Under the pieces are notes generated by a model. It saw only the letters and a list, made by a program, of their open reading frames with translations, made no database searches and was not told the origin of the DNA. Positions 33,851-43,956 of a DNA stretch of 56,718 nt are shown here, one piece after another. The translations under genes were made by a program, and so were the position numbers. Origin of the DNA: a candidate division WOR-3 bacterium (GTDB lineage: Bacteria > Hydrothermota > Tepidihabitantia > SM23-42 > CAYGYG01); the NCBI GenBank assembly GCA_965648915.1, contig CBFGIV010000011.1, forward strand, positions 1 through 56,718, written 5' to 3'. Numbering within the stretch: the stretch's first letter is position 1; each line of letters opens with the position of its first letter.

Positions 33851-36070
33851 TTGGCGCAAAAAAAAGACGAAGATAGCGGACTTTTACAAGAATTAGAAGA
33901 AATCCTCAAAGAGATTGAAGCCGGTGAGGCAAAACTTAAAGAAGTTAAGGAACAGAAGAAAGAACTCGAGGACGAAATCGCCAATCTAACCGCGGTTCAT
34001 AAGGAACTTTCTCAAAAAGTCAATGAACTCCGAACTGCTGATAAAGAACTCAGCCGGGGAACTGAGGTCAGTTCCAAAGAAGTTGACGAACTTACCCGAA
34101 GAGCCATCACCTTAAGAGAAGAGACGACTCAACTTCAGGATGAAAAAGATAAATTACTCGAAAAAGTTGAGTCGCTAACAAACCAGCGTGATACTTTACT
34201 CAAAGAACTTGAGGATATAAATCGTAGACTTCCCAAATTAAGAGAGGAAAGAGAAGATCTTGAAAAAAGATTGCCCGATTTGCGTAAAGAAGATAAAGAT
34301 TTAACCAAGAAGGTCGAAGAGAGCCGCACCGAACATAAAAAACTGCTTGAGAGTATTAAAGAGTCTGAAAAATATTTAACCGAACTTGAAAAAGAACTTA
34401 AGAGTAAGGATAAAGATAGGGCCGGTCTTGAAAAGGAACTATCATCCCTCAAAAAGAAACAGGAAGAGATTATCGAAAAGATCGATCGCCTGGCTCGTGA
34501 GGAAGAGAATATACGGGTGGAACTTGATAGTCTCAATGAAGAAAAAGGCGAGATCGTAAAACATATCAAGGAACTCCGTGCCGAGGAGGCAGAAATCGTT
34601 TCCAAGATAAGTGGTTATGACCTGGAACTTAAAGATGTTGAAGAGCAGGTTCGAGAATATACCGAAAAACTTACTCCCTTAAAAGAAGAGTTTGCCGAAA
34701 AAGAGAAAGCGGTCAAATCCCTGAAAAAAGAGCAAGAAAAATTGACCAGCGATATTGAAAGGTTACGCTCTGAGTTCGATGACCTTGAAGAGAAGGTTGA
34801 GCAACTCAACAAAGAAGAGAAGAAATTAAGTCCACGCGTGGCCGACCTCGAATCCCAGACCAATGAATTTGAAAAACGGCTTAAAGAAATGCGTGAAGAA
34901 TATGAAAACAAACGATCTAAAGTTGAAGAGCTGAAGAGCGCGCTGGATATCGGTGCCGAAAAGGAAGCAGCATTAAATGAAAAATTAAAAGAGTATACTC
35001 AGGTGCTGAGCGAGGCTGAAGAGAAATATCAGAAACTGGAAAAAGAGATCAGCAAAAAGACCGCGGAATTAAACACCCAGGAAGAAAAATTAGATAAGAT
35101 GCGGACTGAGTATGAAAAACTTGGAAGAGAACTTCCTGGTCTCCGTGAGGAGTATGAAAAACTTGAACCCGCGATAAAGAATAAGAGTAAAGAATTAGAA
35201 GATCTCGAAAAACTTTTTGCCACGAAATCGACAGCCCTTGAAAAGGTCGAGGCCGACCTTTCAAAGAGACAGCAAGAAGAATCCACTATTGCTGAGCGTA
35301 TCACCAATATGAAAGAGGAGGAAAAACGGCTTCGATCAATTATGGGAGAGTTAAGCCGGGTCGAGGCTGAACTTCCGAAAATTAAAAGAGAATATGAAGA
35401 AGCCTCCGCTGATTTAGAAAAGCTTAAGGGAATTGTTGAAGCAAAACGCAAGGAGCAGGTATTACTCGATGGTCTGTTGAAGGAGCGCCAGGCTAAAATC
35501 GATAATCTTGAGGGAAGGCTTGAATATCTTAAAAAAGAAGAGGAAACCGCAGCTGGAGAATTGAGAAAGGAGACCCAGCAACTTCTCGATGAAAAACAGA
35601 AATACCAGAAAGAGCTTGAAGAACTCAAGAAGACAAGAAACAAATTGAGTGATGAGGTTAATGATCTTCAGGTTCAGCGCTCTGAACTCGAAGGGAAAAT
35701 TGAAAAAACCCAGGCCCTGGAACGGAATCTACTGACCAAGGTCGATCAACGTCGAGAAGAGATACTCTCGTTAAATAATCAAATTGAAGAACTGGAAAAG
35801 CATAAGAAGCAAATTGTAACTGAATATGAGAAGATCAAAAAAGGGCTACAAGAGTTTGAATTACTTAAAAACCGAAAGGATGAACTGGAAAAGAGTATAA
35901 AAGAAAATAATGCCGTAAAGAATGCTCTTGATAAGGAGATCGCAGAAAAAACCAAAGAACTCGAGAAATTAAAAATCTTCATTGCCCGACTCAAAGAGAC
36001 GGCAGGTAAAAAAGCAGACACCAAACAAAAGGCAGAACCGGGTAAGAAAGACCAGTCAATATCTTTTTGA
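33851..36070 (+). CDS. Long all-coiled-coil protein of unknown function
   Basis: 739 aa E/K/L-rich heptads; no TM, signal peptide or Walker motif; TTG start with SD AGGAG. Confidence 0.85.
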   Translation: MAQKKDEDSGLLQELEEILKEIEAGEAKLKEVKEQKKELEDEIANLTAVHKELSQKVNELRTADKELSRGTEVSSKEVDELTRRAITLREETTQLQDEKDKLLEKVESLTNQRDTLLKELEDINRRLPKLREEREDLEKRLPDLRKEDKDLTKKVEESRTEHKKLLESIKESEKYLTELEKELKSKDKDRAGLEKELSSLKKKQEEIIEKIDRLAREEENIRVELDSLNEEKGEIVKHIKELRAEEAEIVSKISGYDLELKDVEEQVREYTEKLTPLKEEFAEKEKAVKSLKKEQEKLTSDIERLRSEFDDLEEKVEQLNKEEKKLSPRVADLESQTNEFEKRLKEMREEYENKRSKVEELKSALDIGAEKEAALNEKLKEYTQVLSEAEEKYQKLEKEISKKTAELNTQEEKLDKMRTEYEKLGRELPGLREEYEKLEPAIKNKSKELEDLEKLFATKSTALEKVEADLSKRQQEESTIAERITNMKEEEKRLRSIMGELSRVEAELPKIKREYEEASADLEKLKGIVEAKRKEQVLLDGLLKERQAKIDNLEGRLEYLKKEEETAAGELRKETQQLLDEKQKYQKELEELKKTRNKLSDEVNDLQVQRSELEGKIEKTQALERNLLTKVDQRREEILSLNNQIEELEKHKKQIVTEYEKIKKGLQEFELLKNRKDELEKSIKENNAVKNALDKEIAEKTKELEKLKIFIARLKETAGKKADTKQKAEPGKKDQSISF

Positions 36071-36087
36071 TTACCTGTTGACTGTCC

Positions 36088-37062
36088 GTGCAGATTTTTC
36101 GACCCCACACCAAATTTAAGTTCAAAAATCAAAAACCGATAATTACTATCGGAAGTTTTGATGGTGTCCATCTCGGACATCAAAAGATTATCAATATGAC
36201 AAAGGCCCAGGCATCAAAATTTCATACAACCTGTGGAGTCGTCACCTTTTCGCCCCTGCCGATTATTTATTTCAGTCCGAACTTTACATATTTGATTACC
36301 GATGAAAAGGAGCGGGAAAAGATCTTGGAATCGATGGGACTCGACTTTCTCTATTATTTTCAATTCGATAAAAATTTTTCCGAACTTGAACCGTTCGATT
36401 TTATCAAACAGGTAAAAGAGATAATTAACCCTCGGGAAATTATCGTCGGATCAAATCACCGATTTGGCAGGAATCAAAAAGGCGATACCAGACTCTTAAA
36501 AACCCTGGGCAAAAAATTTAATATCAAAATCAATATTATAAAACCGAGGACTATCGGTAACACCAAAATTTCTTCAACTGCGATCCGCGAAGCATTACTC
36601 CTGGGTAATATTACCCTGGCCAACCGGATGCTCGGTTATGAATATTCAATCAAAGGGACTGTATGTATTGGAGCAGGTCGGGGCCGGCAACTCGGATTTC
36701 CGACGATAAATATAAAACTTAAAACCAGCGACGCGATCGATAGTTCCCATAAATTAATCCCCCTCGATGGCGTCTATATTGTCCGAGTAGAGATTGATAA
36801 CCAGATCGTTAAGGGTGTTATGTCCATTGGCCGTCGGCCAACTTTTGAGGCTTCCCCTTCTAATGGCGAGCGGTGGTTAGAGGCCCATCTCCTTGATTTT
36901 AATAAGGAAATCTATGGAAGCGATGTGAAGGTCTCTTTCTTAAAAAGGATAAGACCGATCCGCCGCTTTAAAGACCCCGAAACATTGATAAAAGTTATCC
37001 AGGAAGATATCAAAAAAACCCGACAATATTTTGGGCAGAAAAGAATTAGCCCTGCCAACTAA
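36088..37062 (+). CDS. ribF: Bifunctional riboflavin kinase/FAD synthetase
   Basis: IGSFDGVHLGHQ, ISSTAIRE, GRQLGFPTIN, IGRRPTF, EAHLLDF. Confidence 0.95.
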   Translation: MQIFRPHTKFKFKNQKPIITIGSFDGVHLGHQKIINMTKAQASKFHTTCGVVTFSPLPIIYFSPNFTYLITDEKEREKILESMGLDFLYYFQFDKNFSELEPFDFIKQVKEIINPREIIVGSNHRFGRNQKGDTRLLKTLGKKFNIKINIIKPRTIGNTKISSTAIREALLLGNITLANRMLGYEYSIKGTVCIGAGRGRQLGFPTINIKLKTSDAIDSSHKLIPLDGVYIVRVEIDNQIVKGVMSIGRRPTFEASPSNGERWLEAHLLDFNKEIYGSDVKVSFLKRIRPIRRFKDPETLIKVIQEDIKKTRQYFGQKRISPAN

Positions 37063-37441
37063 TTTTGCGTTATACTTCCCCCGTGTCAAAATTGTAAGGG
37101 ATTGCAGGTCGAATCTTTACGTTTGACAAGATTCTTTTCGGTAAGTAAATAGTTATTTGCTTTGTAATAATTTTTTCTTTAGTCTGGAATGTGTATGCAG
37201 AAATCCACATCTTGCCTCATTCAGGCAATTGGCAAAATCCCGGTCTATTATCCCGAGCAATAACCAATTTTACTCATCTATAAATAGGGGAAACCAACTT
37301 GTTTCAATATAAGGTTTTTTTATTTACGACAGTTTGACTGTTTTTCACCCAAAAACTATTGTTTTGATCATTTTGTAACAGGCATAAATTCTGTAAGTCC
37401 TTTTCTTGCTGGGGATAGAAGCGGTTGGGAGGTGTTATCAA

Positions 37442-38782
37442 TCACAACTTTATTCCATATTCTTTTATCCTCTTAAGCAGAGTCTTGTAGGAAACTTTGA
37501 GCCTTCTTGAAACTTCCATCTTATTTCCACCAGTTTCAGTTAGAACCCTTTTAATCAATTCGCTTTCGGCCTGTCTGCGTCCCCATCTACCGGCCGCCTT
37601 GAGAGTTGTAATTGGGACCTGTTCAAAACTCTTCTTCTCTTCCGGTATCAAGATGGCATCCGGTAGAATTTCTTCCTTGGAAAGTATTATTGCCCGCTCG
37701 ATTGCATTCTCTAACTCTCTGATATTACCTGGCCAGTCGTAGCGCATAAGTTTCTTTATTGCCTGATCGGTAATCTTTTTGTTCACCTTGGCCCGTTTTA
37801 AAAAGTTCTCTACTAAAAATGGGATGTCGGTCTTGCGCAAACGTAAAGGGGGTAGAGTTATGGGAAAAACACTGAGTCGATAATAGAGATCCTCCCGGAA
37901 TTTATTATTCTTAACCATTTCCTTTAAATCCTTATTACTGGCCGCAATAATGCGCACATCGACTTTAATCTGAGAAGTCCCCCCCAGCCGCTCAAAGGTC
38001 TTTTCCTGGAGCACCCTTAAAATTTTTGCCTGGAGAGTAATGGCCATATCGCCGACCTCATCAAGGAATATTGTCCCCTTATTTGCCATCTCAAATTTTC
38101 CAATTTTTCGTGAATAGGCTCCTGTATAGGCACCCCGTTCTGAACCGAAAAGTTCATTTTCTAAGAGTTCCCCCGGTATTGCTGCACAGTTTATCGCCAC
38201 GAATGGATAATCCCGCCTCTTAGAAAGAAGATGAATGGCCCGGGCAAAAAGTTCCTTACCGGTTCCACTTTCACCTAAAAGTAAAACGGTCGTGTCTGCC
38301 GGTGCAACCTGCTGGGCGAGCCTTGCTGCCTCTTTGATCTCAGAACTCTGACCAACAATCTCAGGTAAACCAAGTTCCTTCTGATAAGTCTCTTTTAAGA
38401 GAAGATGTTCCACCCGCAATTGATATTCTTTCAGGAGGCGCCGGACAATCAGAATGAGATGTTCGGGTTCAAATGGTTTGGTTAGAAAATCATAAGCACC
38501 AAATTTCATAGCCTCAACCGCGGTCTCAACTGTGCCGAATGCAGTCATAATAATTACCGATGTCTCCGGATCGACCTTTTTTATCTCCTTTAATACTGAA
38601 ATCCCATCGGTGTCGGGTAATTTCAGGTCGACCAGGGCAACCGCAAATCTTTCCCGTCTTATCAGATCAATACCATCCTGTCCCTTCTTCACCCATTTCA
38701 AGTCAAAACCTGCATCAACCAATTTGTCAGTGAGCATCCGGGCAAAACTTTCTTTATCTTCGATCAACAATATATCAATCAT
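37442..38782 (-). CDS. Sigma-54-dependent NtrC/AtoC-family response regulator
   Basis: Receiver (IED, DLKLP, TAF, KP); GESGTGKE; GAYTGA (GAFTGA variant); FLDEVG; WPGNIREL; Fis-type HTH. Confidence 0.93.
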   Translation of the reverse strand: MIDILLIEDKESFARMLTDKLVDAGFDLKWVKKGQDGIDLIRRERFAVALVDLKLPDTDGISVLKEIKKVDPETSVIIMTAFGTVETAVEAMKFGAYDFLTKPFEPEHLILIVRRLLKEYQLRVEHLLLKETYQKELGLPEIVGQSSEIKEAARLAQQVAPADTTVLLLGESGTGKELFARAIHLLSKRRDYPFVAINCAAIPGELLENELFGSERGAYTGAYSRKIGKFEMANKGTIFLDEVGDMAITLQAKILRVLQEKTFERLGGTSQIKVDVRIIAASNKDLKEMVKNNKFREDLYYRLSVFPITLPPLRLRKTDIPFLVENFLKRAKVNKKITDQAIKKLMRYDWPGNIRELENAIERAIILSKEEILPDAILIPEEKKSFEQVPITTLKAAGRWGRRQAESELIKRVLTETGGNKMEVSRRLKVSYKTLLKRIKEYGIKL

Positions 38783-38784
38783 AA

Positions 38785-39309
38785 CTACACCTTATAGAGA
38801 TAAATTTTATTCTCTTCGTCAACTTCAACCGGTTGCCAAGAATCGAAAGTCCAGAGATACGAAATCACCCTTGTCCCTTTTTTGAGTTTATTGAAAGCCA
38901 CCCTTCTAAGTCGATTATTGGCTTTATCGGTTAAAAAAAGCACAACCACCGTGGCATCGCTGATATTCTTCTTAAAAATATTCCCATAATCAACCCGGGC
39001 GCGTCCACTTAAACCGAGCAATCTCAATCTGATCCAAGTAAAAATAAACCTCAGCGGTTCAATCTCAACACCGATCGCCCGGGCATTAAATTCTCGGACT
39101 GCAGTTATGATTATTCTCCCATCACCGCAACCTAAATCATAAAGGAGATCATCTTTATTTACTCCAGCCATTGTCAACATCCTTCGCACTATGGGCATTG
39201 GTGTCGGTGTCCAGGCCGCACCTATTGCCCAGGGCCAGAGGACCGAGATAAAAAACAACAGAACCATTCCACCTAATAAATAGACCATTGCCATAGCCGA
39301 AATTTTCAA
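38785..39309 (-). CDS. Membrane-anchored class I SAM methyltransferase
   Basis: N-terminal TM; WTPTP...YDLGCGDGRI...GVEIEP...GTRVIS. Confidence 0.85.
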   Translation of the reverse strand: MKISAMAMVYLLGGMVLLFFISVLWPWAIGAAWTPTPMPIVRRMLTMAGVNKDDLLYDLGCGDGRIIITAVREFNARAIGVEIEPLRFIFTWIRLRLLGLSGRARVDYGNIFKKNISDATVVVLFLTDKANNRLRRVAFNKLKKGTRVISYLWTFDSWQPVEVDEENKIYLYKV

Positions 39310-41027
39310 AATCTTATTTCCAACTGTAATCCAAATTCTTCTTCTCGATCAATCTTCTCTATTATAGAGTACTTGGCCTGAAGGTCAAGTTCTTTTTTCG
39401 GTTTTAGGTGCCCGAGTAAAAACCAGGTCTCACCGGTTTCGTAGTAGCATCGATTATTTATCTTGCCGGTCAGATCGGCTTCATAAATATAGAGCCGTGA
39501 ATTATAAGAATCAGTGCGGAAAGACCCGTATCGCCCTTCAAGCGAAAGAAATTTGAATTTCACCTCTGAGCCTAAAAAACCGGCTATGCCTTTTTCAAAT
39601 TTCTCAAGATAGAGATACTTCTCTTCGAGACGTAAATAAAATCTCAGATAATTTAACGGCGAATACTTCAGATTAACCGTCGATCCGATTGACTGGGGTA
39701 GCCCTTCTCGATATCTTCTTTTGACCTGTGTCGAAACCTGGAAAGGTGACCAGGGGATATCGACACCGATCTTAAAATAACAATCGTTGGAATCGCTCTC
39801 AATTAGCCTTGTGAGTTTGATACTGGTGTAAAGAGTTCCAAAACTGAGTCGATATCTTAAATCGCCGATTGCCGATGCAGTTCCATTGTCGACCATTTCA
39901 CTCTTGGGAGAATAAAACCCATCTGCAAAATAACTCAACACGGCACTTACCTTGAATGGCGAGTAGTCGCCGATAAAACCACCGGTACCGGCCCAGCGGT
40001 TATTAAAGGATCGAGCCAGTTCACCGAATACAAAGAAATCTTCTCTTAAATACCCAATATCCCCACCCAGAATGAAAAAATCCCTTCCGTAAAATGAAGA
40101 GAGAGAATCGTCGGGTGCGAAACATCTGTTATAACGCAAATAGTAAGAACGTAAACCCAGATTGGTTGCACCGATATGTTTTTCTAAATTGGTTCCGAGT
40201 ATCTCTTCATGTAGGTTATTTTTGCGACTCATCGTTAATGAATCGATATGATTCCCACTGTGGTCAATTGAGGTGACATTACCACTGGTGTCGAGCCGGG
40301 CATCAAGGCCGATGCCTGAACCAAAGAGTGTATATTTGAGGAAAAAGGAGTCAGTATAAGCAACACCAAAATAGCCGCGATCTTCAATTACTGAGGTATA
40401 AGGAACAATGCCGCGATTAGTGTAGAAAATTCGGCAGTCAGTCCCCTCAAAGATCGTCGGCATCGACCCCAAGATTAATCCACGCGCAAAGTCAAGATTG
40501 TAAGACCCTAAGGCAAACCTTCGCTGACCCTGGCTTATAACTACACCAAAACCGGTATAATCGAAATAATTATCTTCACCCGGGTCTTTTTCGCTTACCA
40601 GATATCCTTTCTGCTGATGATATTCGAAGACCGTTCGTGAATATATCTCTTCGCCCCTCTCAGCCCGGGGCAACTCACTCACCAGACGATAGCGACCCCA
40701 GAATTTAAAACCTGGTATCTCTTTCTTTTTTATCTGAAGATAGGGTCTAATCATCTCAAAGGTCTCTCGATCCATACCTTCGACCTTAAGTAGATCTTCG
40801 AGAGAATGATAAGGACCAACCTCTTCGCGATATTCAATAATGCGATAGGCAGTGACAATTGAAAGACCAGGCAATCGGGCCAGATCATAAATGGTAACGG
40901 TATTTAAGTCCAGCGGTGCATGCTTCAGTTTTTCAATTTCATCCACCAGGATCTGATAATCTTTTTCCGTATCGGTCTCGATAAATTCAATCTGGGTAAT
41001 TATCGATAAAATAACAAAAAAGAGCAT
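39306..41027 (-). CDS. Exported ComEA-type helix-hairpin-helix protein with probable beta-barrel C-terminus
   Basis: PLDLNT...LARLPGL...IIEYRE-x-GPY-x-SLEDLLKVEG (HhH); beta-rich remainder, SRLYIYE-x-D, terminal F. Confidence 0.75.
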   Translation of the reverse strand: MLFFVILSIITQIEFIETDTEKDYQILVDEIEKLKHAPLDLNTVTIYDLARLPGLSIVTAYRIIEYREEVGPYHSLEDLLKVEGMDRETFEMIRPYLQIKKKEIPGFKFWGRYRLVSELPRAERGEEIYSRTVFEYHQQKGYLVSEKDPGEDNYFDYTGFGVVISQGQRRFALGSYNLDFARGLILGSMPTIFEGTDCRIFYTNRGIVPYTSVIEDRGYFGVAYTDSFFLKYTLFGSGIGLDARLDTSGNVTSIDHSGNHIDSLTMSRKNNLHEEILGTNLEKHIGATNLGLRSYYLRYNRCFAPDDSLSSFYGRDFFILGGDIGYLREDFFVFGELARSFNNRWAGTGGFIGDYSPFKVSAVLSYFADGFYSPKSEMVDNGTASAIGDLRYRLSFGTLYTSIKLTRLIESDSNDCYFKIGVDIPWSPFQVSTQVKRRYREGLPQSIGSTVNLKYSPLNYLRFYLRLEEKYLYLEKFEKGIAGFLGSEVKFKFLSLEGRYGSFRTDSYNSRLYIYEADLTGKINNRCYYETGETWFLLGHLKPKKELDLQAKYSIIEKIDREEEFGLQLEIRF

Positions 41028-41743
41028 TATAACTTAAAATCACACCCGATCCGATGGGACGGCCCCAATCGGTAATGAAGGTCACCAAAATATTTTAACC
41101 GGATACGGCCCACAAAAAGTTTCAATCCATAGATTAGACTCAGCGGCTCGGTCTTCGCCGCCAGAACGATGTTACCGAGGCGACTCGGTTTAATAATCAC
41201 CCCGGCATTATAAATTGGATCAAAAGGGATCACTGTCTGAAAGTCGAAAAGGAGGCCGATTATTTCACAGGCCTGAAATTGAAGAGAAATATCAGACCAG
41301 AAGGGAATTGAATCACCGGTCTCAAGTTGCGGGGTATTAATATTCCTGGCTTGCGCAGTTAAATAGACTCTTTGATAATTAAATTCTCCGCCAATGGCCA
41401 GAGCCCAGACCGCTTCAGTTTCATAGTTCAAAATCTGGTTTAATAGACCATCGATTCCTAAACCGAATCCTAAACAAGACTTTACTAAAAAGGCCCATCC
41501 CAGACCGCATCGATATTCCTGATAAGGGGTCCGACCAAAATGGCTGGCAGTGAGTTTGAAGTTTTTATAATGGAGAGAGAAATCCTGACGATCAAATTCG
41601 GACAGATTATAACGCCGCTCGATGTAAAAATTTAAACTCGGGCCTGAATCATTGAAAAGTAGCGGAATGGTGTAATTCTTCTGCGCAAACGGTTCAGGCG
41701 GATAAAATCCTTCAAATGCTGACCACAAAATTATTGTCCACAT
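41027..41743 (-). CDS. Hypothetical outer-membrane beta-barrel-like protein
   Basis: Alternating beta-strand pattern, H-x-RLG-x-SH near the C-terminus; coupled to its neighbours by overlaps. Confidence 0.55.
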   Translation of the reverse strand: MWTIILWSAFEGFYPPEPFAQKNYTIPLLFNDSGPSLNFYIERRYNLSEFDRQDFSLHYKNFKLTASHFGRTPYQEYRCGLGWAFLVKSCLGFGLGIDGLLNQILNYETEAVWALAIGGEFNYQRVYLTAQARNINTPQLETGDSIPFWSDISLQFQACEIIGLLFDFQTVIPFDPIYNAGVIIKPSRLGNIVLAAKTEPLSLIYGLKLFVGRIRLKYFGDLHYRLGPSHRIGCDFKL

Positions 41744-42984
41744 CGCATGACATGTAAAATCATACCCTCGACTTTAATAACCTTCACTCTCTCTCCCCGG
41801 GCGATCTCAGTCTCACTCCTTGCCTCCCAGAGTTCTCCGTGGATCAGGATCGTCCCGCTATCTTTATTAACATCGGTCTTGGCAATGCCGATTTCGTCGA
41901 TGAGCCCCTCCCGACCCGTAACTGGCTTACGAAATTGTGCTTTTATTCCAAAGAAGAGAAGAAAAATAATAAAAAGAATCGTAAAGACAACAACTATCAC
42001 AATAACCTCCAGGGAGACTTTTAAAAATGGAATCTCTGATTTAAAAAGCATAAGTGACCCGAGGACAAGTGAGACAACACCCCCGGTTCCAAGGATACCG
42101 TGGGTCGTGACATACAATTCGAGTGTGAAAAAGATTAAGGCAAGAAGAATCAACGCGACTCCGGCATAGTTTACTGGTAATAGATGTAGAGAATAGAAGG
42201 CAAGAATCAAACAGATGCCGCCGACCACGCCGGGGAAGACTGCACCTGGATTCTGGAGTTCAAATATCAAGCCATAAAAACCGAGGATGAGCAGAAGATA
42301 GGCAATATTAGGATTGGTAATGGTCAGTAAAAATCGATCTCGCAGGGGCATTCCGTGCTGGACGACTTTTTTCCCCAGGGTTTTTAAAGTTATAACCGTA
42401 TCTTTGATCGAAACCTTAAAATTGTCAATCTTACTTACCAGATCCTCTTCCGATGTTGCTAATATGTCTACGACCTTTAATTTTAATGCCTCATCCGCGG
42501 TGGTCGATATACTCTTGCGTACTGCATCTTCTGCCCATTGTTCATTTCTCCGCCGTTCCCGGGCAATAGAGACCAGATAGGCTGCCGCATCATTGGTAAC
42601 CTTATCTTTCATCACGCTATCGATCTGCTGTCCGCCCATACTAACTGGATGTGCCGCACCAATGTTTGTGCCTGGGGCCATCGCTGCAATATGCGCCGCA
42701 AGAGTAATGAAGGCTCCGGCCGATGCCGCCCGTGCTCCTCGAGGATAGACATAGACAACAATCGGTATTTTAGCATTGAGCATCTTTTTAACTACATCTC
42801 TCATCGATTCATCAAGCCCGCCTGGTGTATCGAGTTCGATTATTAAACACATTCCCTGATTAATCTCGGTCTTTTCTATGGCATCGATGAGATAGGTTGC
42901 GGTGACCGGGTTTATAACGCCCGAGACCTTTGCGATATATATCTCCTGCTGGGCAAAAAATATCAGAGCGGTAAAAAATGTCAT
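41731..42984 (-). CDS. nfeD: NfeD-family membrane-bound serine protease
   Basis: LDTPGGL, RAASAG, PGTNIGAAHPV, TM bundle, OB-fold G-x-I-x-IHGELW-x-A. Confidence 0.92.
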   Translation of the reverse strand: MTFFTALIFFAQQEIYIAKVSGVINPVTATYLIDAIEKTEINQGMCLIIELDTPGGLDESMRDVVKKMLNAKIPIVVYVYPRGARAASAGAFITLAAHIAAMAPGTNIGAAHPVSMGGQQIDSVMKDKVTNDAAAYLVSIARERRRNEQWAEDAVRKSISTTADEALKLKVVDILATSEEDLVSKIDNFKVSIKDTVITLKTLGKKVVQHGMPLRDRFLLTITNPNIAYLLLILGFYGLIFELQNPGAVFPGVVGGICLILAFYSLHLLPVNYAGVALILLALIFFTLELYVTTHGILGTGGVVSLVLGSLMLFKSEIPFLKVSLEVIVIVVVFTILFIIFLLFFGIKAQFRKPVTGREGLIDEIGIAKTDVNKDSGTILIHGELWEARSETEIARGERVKVIKVEGMILHVMRCGQ

Positions 42985-42989
42985 AAATA

Positions 42990-43017
42990 ATGATAGCCAT
43001 ATTGATTAAAAAGTCAA
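42990..43017 (-). promoter_or_regulatory. Sigma-70 promoter of the nfeD operon, leaderless
   Basis: TTGACT-N16-TATCAT-N5-ATG(42984). Confidence 0.6.
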
Positions 43018-43054
43018 CGGGATATATGACCGGCCTGATCAGTTTTCATTACTG

Positions 43055-43082
43055 TTGACACCCTCCCCATCTCGACTATAAT
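43055..43082 (+). promoter_or_regulatory. Sigma-70 promoter of the yihY-like gene, leaderless
   Basis: TTGACA-N16-TATAAT-N6-ATG(43089). Confidence 0.75.
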
Positions 43083-43088
43083 TATTTA

Positions 43089-43922
43089 ATGTTGTTAATA
43101 TTCTTCAGTAACTTTGGTCATTTACTGGCTAAAACTTATAAGAAATTTTTAAAAGACCGTTGCCCGCTTTTAGCCCAGGCCCTCACCCACAGCACAATGT
43201 TCAGCCTCTTTCCGCTCCTCTTTGGTGTTATATCAATCTCGGTATATATAGTTGGTTCCTCAGAGTCAATCATCGATAAATTACTACCGATGTTAGAACA
43301 GGTCTTCCCCAAAGGGATCGACACCATCGTCCGGAGTGTTACCGCAGTCAAACAGACCTCAGTAGTTCTTGCTTTTTTGGGTTTTATCTTCTTCCTCTGG
43401 GGAGTCGGAGGAATTTTTCGGACCGTCGAAACCTCACTCAATGTTGTCTGGGGTGATAAAGACGACCGTCCCTTTATTAAGAAATCCCTTTTGACGATGC
43501 TTTTTGCTCTTCTCCTTTTTATCCTCTTTACCGCATCTATTGCCCTGACCTTTTATGCCAGTGCCGCAGGGATAAAATTCTTCAGATTTGTTTCATTCCG
43601 GTCGCCCATTATTACCCTGATCATCAGTATAAATATCTTTGCCCTTACCTATAAATTTGCACCAATCCATGAGGTTAAATTTAGTGATGCCTATATCGGT
43701 GGCCTCTTTACCGGTTTCTTCTGGGAACTGGCAAAAGTCCTTTTCACTCTGTATATAACCAAGGTTGTTAATTATCAACAGATCTACGGCTCACTCTCAG
43801 CAATTATCATCCTCTACCTCTGGGTATTTTACTCAGCCTATATCTTTCTCTTCGGTGCCGAACTCTCCTATACATTTGCTAATCGTAAAGAGATCCTCGG
43901 GTTTAAGGATCCTACCCCTTGA
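43089..43922 (+). CDS. YihY/BrkB family membrane protein
   Basis: FSLFPLL, LNVVW, WELAK-x-F-x-Y, IYGSL...LWVFYSA-x-IFLFGAEL. Confidence 0.9.
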   Translation: MLLIFFSNFGHLLAKTYKKFLKDRCPLLAQALTHSTMFSLFPLLFGVISISVYIVGSSESIIDKLLPMLEQVFPKGIDTIVRSVTAVKQTSVVLAFLGFIFFLWGVGGIFRTVETSLNVVWGDKDDRPFIKKSLLTMLFALLLFILFTASIALTFYASAAGIKFFRFVSFRSPIITLIISINIFALTYKFAPIHEVKFSDAYIGGLFTGFFWELAKVLFTLYITKVVNYQQIYGSLSAIIILYLWVFYSAYIFLFGAELSYTFANRKEILGFKDPTP

Positions 43923-43946
43923 CAATTGTTAAAAGGGTTGTATAAT
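43919..43946 (+). promoter_or_regulatory. Sigma-70 promoter of amrS
   Basis: TTGACA-N16-TATAAT-N10-ATG(43957); no SD. Confidence 0.7.
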
Positions 43947-43956
43947 TTGTAATAAT

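Noticed and set aside
34135..36183. Ser/Phe-rich antisense ORFs, and other short overlapping ORFs in the track
   Set aside because: Shadows of the real genes on the opposite strand or frame; no motifs or initiation signals.
37063..37441. ncRNA or sigma-54 promoter in the 380-bp gap between ribF and the response regulator
   Set aside because: Only an imperfect AT-rich hairpin (37084-37128) and a non-consensus GG-N10-GT; insufficient support.
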